A stretch of 58,532 nucleotides of DNA, taken from assembly GCA_013115125.1 (NCBI GenBank), contig JABANN010000165.1, forward strand, positions 1 through 58,532, read 5' to 3'. The DNA is from Perkinsus olseni (lineage: Eukaryota). Below, piece by piece: positions 49,601 through 58,532 of the stretch (position 1 is its first letter; every line of letters starts with the position of its first letter). The notes beneath the pieces are model-generated. The model had not been told where the DNA came from and searched no databases. It worked only from the letters and a program-made list of their open reading frames with translations. Position numbers and translations under genes: made by a program.

Positions 49601-49993
49601 GCCCTTCGAAAATCAGCTGCTGCTTATCCGTTATAAGCCGACTAGTATAAATAATAATGTTATGAAGTAATACTGCTGCCAATCGTGCTGATGCCCATCA
49701 TCATACTTGTGAATTCAATTAACCATCTTCGGAGTTGTGTTGGGCAGTTGGCCATCGCTATTCCACATTTCGCATCGCGGGTCAAGGAGCCTTCGTTACT
49801 TCATCAAAAGAGCCATGGAACTTTTCTCCGGTCCCCCATTATGGGGTTTCATCATCTCGATGCGAGAGAGTTTGCGGAGTTTTCGATAAACTGCTGTTAG
49901 CCTTGTTCGGCCTTGATCAACACCATTTGAGTAGTTCAACGAAGCCACTGGTACGCAACAGGCGGCGGAGGCAACAAGAGAGGTGAGGAAAAG

Positions 49994-51030
49994 TCATGAA
50001 TCGGTGGGAGCGGCGGCCCTCATCATGTGCGGCAACACTCCATCGTTGTTTTTAACGCTTTCATCCGCCCCGTTAGCAATGAGGAACTCAGCCAGGGAGA
50101 TGTGGTTGAACCTGACGACCTCGTCCAAATCCACGATCATCGTAACTTCTTACTGATAGCAGACGTGCAAGGCAGTGTTGCCCTTCACGTTCTTAGCGTC
50201 GATATTGACCCCACAGCCGAGGAGGTACTTCGCTATCCTTCTGTTGTTGTTCTGGCATGCTATCATCAGCAGCGTGTTGCTCTGTTGTGCCTCGACCTCT
50301 GATTGGGGAAATGCTCACGCGCCCAATCCGAATGAATTTTAGAGCGTAGTTGGGCTAAGTGGAGCAACGTCTACCACTCATGTCAACGGAACCCGCGGGA
50401 CGTTGAGATCAGAATTGGGCAGGATCGCCCGGTGAAATTGTCGTAGCATCTTATCGTTCCAATCACAAGTCTCGAGAGATGCGAGAATCTCTTCCATGCT
50501 CTGTTTGAGTAGACGGCGGATGAGCTTTGCACGCATGCACAAACCAGCAGCATCAGGCACACTTTCGATGAGACTTCTGTCCTCCTCAAGCAGGGACTCC
50601 ACGGCCTCGTAACGATTATGACGAACCTGACGCAGGACCGACTACCGAAGGCATCTAACAATGACATATTCGGGAAGAGGGCCACGCCTCGCCAGTACCA
50701 TAACTTTCGGTACACTTAAAATACGTCGACTGGAGAGTATCATTCTCTCACAAGAGAGAAAATGATGAAGTCACATCTCTAATGCATCGAAGGGCGACGA
50801 GAAGCGCCTTCGGATCGACACCCCCCTACACAAGAGATGAGGACCTCCACGCCCTTCTTCTCCTCGGTATCATCTTGCAGATCTTCCAGTGCCCCTACCC
50901 TTCCTACCGCCTGGCCAAGAGCTTCCGTTGAAGATGAACAAAAGCCCTTACCTGTGAGTCGGCATCATCATCCTCTTCTTCTGTCTTCTGAACACTGAGA
51001 CGAGAGTCCATGATGAGGGAGGGGTCGGGC
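49994..51030 (-). CDS. Ankyrin-repeat protein, 3' exons (the gene probably extends upstream past 52.7 kb)
   Basis: Spliced VEVLISC|VRHNRYEAVESLLEEDRSLIE|...SNTLLMIACQNNNRRIAKYLLGCGVNIDAKNVKGNTALHVCYQ|FNHISLAEFLIANGADESVKNNDG...TDS*. GNTALH ankyrin consensus; stop at 49994-49996. Confidence 0.85.
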
Positions 51031-51196
51031 TGGACGAGCTGCCCCCGGTTGGGACGAATGTGACGGTCCAAGTCCGGGCGCGAGTAAGCTGCCGTTGGTA
51101 ACCTTATGTATGCATCTCCAACCCCTGCACAGCGTTCCTAGTCGTATCATGCCTCCACCGTTGTGATTGCTAATTATGCGCCGATCGTCTTATGGG

Positions 51197-51455
51197 CAGT
51201 CCTTTAAATAAATTCGGGATATCGTGTTTCTCTCGCCGCTAGGGCCAACTGGGAAAAGTTACCAAACGAAATGTTTAGGGATACCTTCTAGTACCTTACT
51301 GAGTATAACCCCGATTCGGGGTCCCCGAAGTTTTAGACCACAACTCGTAATGAGTTATGTACTCATTAAGTCATGTGCTCAGTAGGGCACTTCGTTTCGT
51401 AACTCGTCCCTAGCGGCGACAAAAACACGATATTCCAAATTTATTCGGAGGACTG
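51197..51455. mobile_element. Tc1/mariner-like MITE, about 260 bp
   Basis: Imperfect TIRs CAGTCCTTTAAATAAATTCGGGATATCGTG / CACGATATTCCAAATTTATTCGGAGGACTG. TA is present on the right flank but not the left. Homologous to 3153-3294. Confidence 0.78.
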
Positions 51456-53143
51456 TAAGCGTACGTAGCTGATTCCTCTCAAGAGAAGAAGGAGAACTAG
51501 AAGAAAGATTTTACGCTCCTCTACGACTTGCGTCGTCTGTGAGGATCAACAGAGAAACAACAGTCCCACACCGATCGTCCCGGGTTCGATCCCCGGTGGT
51601 ACCCACTTCTCTCCACCGTATAATTATCAATATCGTTGAAGAAGGTCGCATCATTTCGAGATGCACTCCCAGAACCTGACCGGCAAACGGCCTCCTCGAA
51701 AAGTAATGCAGCGCTACTGGAAACGGAGATGGAAAACTATCGATCATCGAAATTGAAACCGTTATTTATGATACTGATCCAATTCTTGGAATTGATCGAG
51801 GAATGGGGTAGTGGACAGTTTCTACCGTCAAAGGCATCGCCCCGGTCCCTGGGCAGACCAACAGCAGCACCATCGTCGTACTCGATGGTCGGAGCATTCG
51901 GTGCTATGGTCCGAGGGCCTTACAACAGAGCATCGCTCAACGAGGAGACAGTCGGCGTAGACCAGTACCCGCCATCGACCCCTCAGTGGACTTCACGTAG
52001 CCGCCAGGACTGGGGACGGCCTCAACAGCCGGACCAGGAGTGGGTATCAGGCTGTAGAGGAATTGCAAGATTGCAAGATTGCAAGATGTGCTGCAGTCCC
52101 TACTGATGGCCAGGAGACACTGTCGAGCTTCTCTGGACCAGAAGCCCTCCAGGCGGCGCCGGGCACCTGCTGCTCACAGCTTGCGGACATATCTGCTGCA
52201 CCGGATCGAGAGGGCGGGAGAGATGAGCACGGTTACTCGTTCTTTGATTCTCGCAGCGATCTCGTCAACGACGTTTTCGTTGTCCAGCAGCAGCCGCGTG
52301 AAGGCGTCTTTCACGGCTACGGCGATCTCCGACCGTTCTTCTGCGACGACGCCCTATCAGCTCGCCGGGAAGGGTGCTCTCACCTCGATCCGCGGCAGAT
52401 CGTCTCGAGGAGTGTCGGGAGGAGCTGCCCTGAGGACGACCACATCTCACGCTAAGGGCTGATGAGGGAGGCGGGAGGGCACAGCCGTCACAGAAGGTCT
52501 TCTCACACGAGCAGACACCAACGGAGTTTGCTCGTCAGCGTGTGGGTTGGATTCCGAAGGTCGAGGAGGGACGGCTGCTGCTGCCGCCTCCGAGCCCTGG
52601 ACGGCGTCTCCTTCGGGATTACACGGCGTGCGGTGATCATCTACTGAGAGAGTATCTTAAATTTTGCGTTGAGCAAGCGTGACCTGCACCTTGCCGGACT
52701 TCTGGCCCGTCTGCCCGCTGCAACGCCAAGGCCTTCCTGTAGCTCTCGGCAATCTGAAACAGGGCCCTAAAAATCTACTGCCATAGAAATCGTCACGCGC
52801 CACGAAATTCTACACCGAAGATAGACAATAAAATAGCAGTGCTTTGCTTGGCCGTATGGAGCCAATTCAAAAGCATAGAGACAGTGCTCCGGTAATTTGG
52901 TACAAATTCATTATAGAGAATCGCCCTTCGAGTGCCCTTTACTGCTCGCTATGCGGGCGTTGAGACAGCGTGACGTCGTGCGTAGTAGGGAGAGTAGAGA
53001 GAAGAGGTTGGCGGCCCGCATTTGCAACAAGTCAGCGCGCCGTCACTCTTCACTCGGCCTTTGAACCCTCTGTGCAGCGTTCCAAAGTCGAAACCTTCTT
53101 GTGATTCAGAGACATCTCTCCTACTGTGACGATCGCCCTGTGC

Positions 53144-54039
53144 TGGTAGCTGTTACTGATTATGCGCCGATCGCCTTGTGTATGCGTGCATAGCTTATTC
53201 CCCTCGAGAAAGTAAGCTTAGAATAAAAAGGTAGGTAGACCCTAAACTCCTTTTCGCCTTGCGTTGACTATGAGCAACAACGGAGGGGCAACAGTAGCCC
53301 AACCTAGAGCTAGGATAATTGACTGTTGTTTGTAAGTAACTCATGAGTATGTGTCCCTACAACACTAATATGGTCATGCCAAGTTCACAAGATAGTGAAG
53401 ACGGAGGCTCCAACACCGAAGACGATCGAGTCCCTCATTGCGAGTTTGGGTTCCCTTATTCCGAAGTTAGGGAATCTGTTACTTATCATGCGCCGATCAT
53501 CTTGTGCATGCGTGCATAGCTTATTCCCGTCGAGAGACTAAACTTAGGAGGTAGAAAGTAGAAAGACTTTACACTCCTTCTCGCCTTGCGTTGACTATAA
53601 GCAACAACGGAAAAGCAACAGCATCTTAGTCGACATCAAACAGATGAAAGCCGAAGGCCCTGTAGCCTTATCGAGCTACTTCACGACTCACCTCATGTCT
53701 CTGAGAGATAACCTGGGCGGCGCTCTCACAGCGGAACCCTTCCCTCAGGAGGGATACCAGGAAGGATGGGTACTCCGTCAAAGCCGGGGCTGGCCACTCG
53801 AACCGGGCGAACGACTTGGCCTGATGGCAGGCAATGAGGATAGTCATGCACTCACAGGACGGCATTCGAAGAATCGAGTGTCCCCCAGTATCCTGATCTA
53901 CCTCACTATGCACTGGCTGCGCATGGACGACGCAGGATGAGAAGGGACGTAAAATATTTCTCCTATTTCTTCTTCGAGGGGAATCAGCTATGCACGCATG
54001 CACAATAAGACGATCGGCGGATGATAATTAACAGCTCTA
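53144..54039. mobile_element. Non-autonomous TIR element (hAT-like terminus) with a duplicated left end
   Basis: CTGTTA..TATCATGCGCCGATC..CTTGTGCATGCGTGCATAGCTTATTCCC occurs at about 53150 and 53476, and in reverse complement at about 53978-54034. The right terminus reads TAGAGCTGTT on the minus strand. A fragment also occurs at about 51168-51195. No clear TSD. Confidence 0.6.
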
Positions 54040-57000
54040 TGCAGAGTTGTTTCTCAAGCGAGGGGCAGAAGCCTCCGATCACTGCCACTGCGATTTGAAG
54101 CTACGAAGCTCGTGATGAGCCCGAGTCCCCCCTCCGAGAGACGCTCCCCACCGTCTGTGGTTTCAATTTGTCTTCAATCCTTTTGCTCAGCCTCGCTCGA
54201 ACCCCGTTGTCCATGACTACTGCCTTTGGCGTGCCGTACCTGCCATCGCCCTACTCGCCCTCAGCCCGATCAGCCCACCCCTACAGAGTAGCAGCGTCAA
54301 TGCTCGGCAACAGCTCGTTATGCACAAGTTTATTAACGTCGATCCCTCGATCTCTCTCCCAGATATCCTTCGGCTCCGGAGAGAGTACAACTTCTAGCTT
54401 CTCAGGAGGGACTGCTGAGCGTAGTAGAAGAGCATCCGACGGGCACCTCACCGCAGCCTTCGGGATCTCGCTCGAACTGCTCAGGAGTCGGTCGCGTGTC
54501 ACTGAGGGGTGCCGCTGGTTGCAGAGGCACCTACAAACGGAAGCGCGGCTAAGAGAGAGAAGGGCATCTCTTTTCCACTGGCACATCGCCAAAAATTCAC
54601 TGAAAATTCATTTTCCGCTTTCTCCGGATCTTTCCTGATGCGTTAAAGTACACCCACTTTAGGATGTCATAGGTGAGAAAAATATCGGAAAATCAAGATA
54701 ACGGCGGAGCGAAGTTTTTATGATACGGTCTCGGTTGAACAGTAGCAATTTTTTTTGCGAAAAAAATGACTGACACCAAATTCTGGCAGCTGTTTTTCCT
54801 GCATTCTTTCGAGGGTGTAAGGCTTGGCCGGGCCTATGATATCTGGGAAAAATTCCGGAGGTGGCATGGTGACGGGAGAGATCTCGATCTGAAAATTGGA
54901 ATAACAAAATTTCGGAAAATTGCAGAGCTGACCATCTTCTGAGGAGGGATAGGGGGGAGGTCTTCCTCGGCATTCACTGGGGGAGGGGGGTCCGGACGAA
55001 CCTGTCGAGGGACGCAAAGCGATAAGGTGATCGATTTGAGAATGCTACCACGCAGCCGGCGAGAGGCTCCTCTTCGAATTTGATAGGAATGTCCATCGAG
55101 GAAACCCCTGATGATGGACCGAGAAGCGAGCAGGCAAAACGCCGTGACGAGGAATCGAACCCGCGACCTCACCATCGCCTTGGCCAGCAATGACCTCATC
55201 GAGACCGTCAACGGGAGGTTCGTAGTCAACGGACAAAGCGACCGGAGGTAGCACCACATCGGAAGGATCTACTAATAATACCAAATCGAGCACGTGATCG
55301 ATTCGTGATTACTCACCTATACCATCTTTTCGCTCTTTTTTATCAATTTCCATCAGATCCGGCGGCTCCCCACACAGCACCTTCAGGAAGCACAGGCGGA
55401 TGGACCCCATACCAGGGCACCGGGTCGGGGAGGGCAAAACCCAACTACTGCGGCAGCAGCAGCAGCAGCAGCAGCAGCCTAGTGATTCAGCTCGTCACGG
55501 ACGATTCAACCACAGAGAAGTCCCGTTTTTACTGTTATTCTGAAAAAACTTCAAAATGTTTTACGGTATTATTTTTCATGATCATAATTTATGTTCTTCA
55601 GTATAAGAGATTGAAAATAGGTGATAATGTTTATTGCAACTTCGAGTCGGATATCTTCTTATTACTAGCTGGTCGAACTCCTCCGAGTGTCGCTTGACCA
55701 GCTGCTGCTCCTCCGCCGTCAACTCGTTCATCTCCTCCACTACGTCCCACGCCCTCTCCGCCATCTCCGGCTCAACCACGCCTGAACTTATACCATCCCA
55801 CGAGTGAAAGTAACCACAGAAGCTTGAGATGAACAAAGGGCTCAGTGCTGTTACTCCTGTTACGCACGCCAAAAATCTCACAAGTAAAAATCTTCCCACC
55901 CCTAGTGCTTTGACGTTGTTCCCTTCATCGTTGTTATATCCCAGATTTGAGTACTGTACTGTGTGAATCAGTACTGCTATGCTCCTATTGGTCGCCAAAT
56001 TGAACTATTCTACCATTGCTACTCTGTGACGGTCTACGCAAGCACAGTTCTCAGATTTCAATTTCGCCCCCCTGTTATGTTGAGCACAGCACCAAGGTAG
56101 TTCAGGACGCCCGCATTTCTGTGCTGCAGCGACCTCTTCTTCACTCGCCAGCAGTTTCCATCGCGCCAGTCCTCAGCACGCGTAAAAACATGCAACACGA
56201 TTTACGGTAGGTGCGGTACTCCGCCGTCAGGAGCAAGATAGATTATTTTTTATCCCCCACTATTATTCGATCGGTGAAAGCATCCACTTTCACCCATCTG
56301 AGATCCCCCAGTGGGCGATGGCCGTCTTCTGAATCGTCACGCGCCACGAAATTGTCCATCTTACTTTCCAAAGTAATATCGTCCTTCAGAGCCTCAGCCA
56401 CGTCGTGTCCGATGGTTTCTGCATAGACTGCGTGAAGTGACTCCTCCAAGATTTTGGCGGGGACGTTGCTGAGGGCGATTCTCAGGTACCCTTATGAGCT
56501 ACGGCTCTACGCAGTATTTTGCCAAGTACCATGGTCAACCTAAGATTCCCTAAGATTCCGAATGTTCCCATATTGAGAGAGTTTCATGCAATCACACTCT
56601 CAATAGGTAGGAGACTGTATGAGTTTTCCGGCGGTGTGCTCGCTACACGCACTCGCCTTGCAAACGAAGAATCCCCTCAACCGCACCCCTTCTCGAAGTC
56701 CGCTTTCTGGCGAAAGATCTTAACAACTCCTTCAGGCGTTCCGGTCTGAAACTTAACCGTAAGTGCTTCGCTCCGCCGGCCTCAACCATTTTGACCACAC
56801 CCTACCTGATCGTCTCCTGAGCTCTTGCCTCGCCTTAGGACTGTCTCATCCATGCTCTTACCCCCACCAACGCCACTACCACTTGGGATCAGGTACCTGA
56901 CGGGCCCAATGTCTCTCGCGTGGGTTTGTGTAGTACCCCTTCTCGCAGAGGTCCTCGTAGGTTGGGCTCTCCTCGACAGCTCTGTCGCCCTCTTCAGCAA

Positions 57001-58532
57001 CTACAACCTATTAACAACGTGATTGTAGCATAAAATTACGCCAGCCAGTGTCAGGCGGATATTTCGGTAGATGTAACAGCTATCTGGTCCATGACACTAT
57101 CTTCTCAGTGTCTTCAACAGCTGCTTCATCACGGCATCATTCTCTTTGTCTTTGCCCATGATCAACCTCCCATCACCACATCAACACTCCACTGGCGTCG
57201 CTTTCGCATTTTCACGAGTATGCGCTTTGTTTTCAAGTCGTTTTCAAACCTGCCGACCTCCGCTGCTCCTGCCCGCCCTCCCCCCTGTCCTGGCCTTCGC
57301 CCGTACAAGCACATATAGCAGTGCTGAGCATGCAGGGGGTTCCTGTGGGTGTGGGGCTGCCAAACGGGGAGGGTAGAGGAGGGGGGAAGAACTGTGGAAG
57401 AAGGGTCTGAAAGGCAATGAGAATCTTCGAGGTATCTTTAGGTATGAAGTCAGCACGGCTGTGGGTCGAGGACTGGCCCGTTCTGAAAACGACGTTTTTA
57501 CTGCTAATGCTACACTTTAACTTTCGTCACACTTTCTGTTCCGTATCTTCCAGAAGAAAGCCGTCTTTTCGCTTTCCATAGAACTGTCAGCTTTCATCAT
57601 CCCACAGAAAGTTCACAATAGCACTGCACTGAGTGTATGGTAAGGACGCGAAGAGAATTCCACCCCATCGTACGAAGCTCTCATCATCACCACCACCAAC
57701 AACCTACCCGCACGATTCTCATTGACGGCCACGGTGACAGCGGTGTCTGGACGGGCGGGCGGATCCTGAAAAGCGAGAGTTGTGGTACTGGTAGTGGAAC
57801 GCCCTGGCATGCTTCGTTCGACTATCTTGAATGCATCACTAGAAAAGAGACGAAAAAATTATGTTGTTCAACAATTTGCTCAATATCGACCGAATATTGT
57901 AACAATCGTGCTGGTTGTTCAATCTTCGACCACACTCGTGCTCAACCATGATCGACCTTGGATACGTTTTTACCCGCTCTCTCTTTGGCACTCACGCTCT
58001 CTGGCAATTTTCAAGACAATCTTTCGCTAGACCGAAACGAAAGAACATCGCCCATTCCGTTTTGCTGGCCGCGAAGAATCCACTGAAACTACACCGAAAA
58101 ATTACGGTTTCCCGTGGTGAGGCCAACTCGAGGCTCACCTGTTGTTGTTGCTGCTGGTCGTCGTCGTGGTGGTGGGGGTCTGTGTCACTGCCTGACATGA
58201 AAGGAGTTACTGCGGAATCAGCAGAGACCACCTGCGACTATCTTGAACTTTAACAACACTCTTGCTACAGTACGCGCAATCTCAAGAGCCCCGTTTCGTG
58301 TCACCAGCTTAACTTCGTCCCTAGAGCTCGTAGCGACCTGAAATTTCGGCTATGGGCTCTCCTAACGTTGTTATATCGTTCAAATGTGTCACCGTTCGAA
58401 TTATCGAACAAGAAATTTTTGGGGCATTTTCCACCGTGCGCCGGCAGAGGGGCTCATTGCAGTGTGTCGATCACCCCCTGAGGGAGATCGAGGTGGGCGA
58501 GCGCTCCTTACTTGTCTGTGACCGTCACAACC

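Overview
Eukaryotic nuclear DNA, most likely from a Perkinsus-like alveolate. This is inferred from an alveolate-type calmodulin ending MMMAK, 45-60 nt GT-AG introns and dinoflagellate/Perkinsus-type DIRS remnants. Layout: (i) 1-6.5 kb, ordinary compact genes (6-exon calmodulin, a GST); (ii) about 6.5-30 kb, three tandem, very divergent, multi-exon GT2-family glycosyltransferase paralogs on the minus strand; (iii) 31-48 kb, mostly transposon remnants (hAT transposase fragment, DIRS/Ngaro fragment, a full-length but disabled ingi/I-group LINE, an intronless three-domain ORF); (iv) 50-58 kb, further minus-strand genes (an ankyrin-repeat protein) and MITEs. Three non-obvious signals stand out. 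(1) Genes in this TE-rich neighbourhood carry a dense non-coding code: roughly 10-bp phased An/Tn tracts filling introns (PATC-like), about 35 copies of GTCACGCGCCACGAAATT, about 30 tRNA B-box (sometimes with A-box) elements lacking a cloverleaf, and several other recurrent motifs. (2) At least 11 perfect 22-nt micro inverted-triplications of an 8-bp word match the expected scar of hairpin-mediated hAT excision. (3) A complete HDV-like ribozyme starts exactly at the 5' end of the LINE, directly after its 11-bp target-site duplication. All counts were made by eye, and gene boundaries other than calmodulin and the GST core are approximate.
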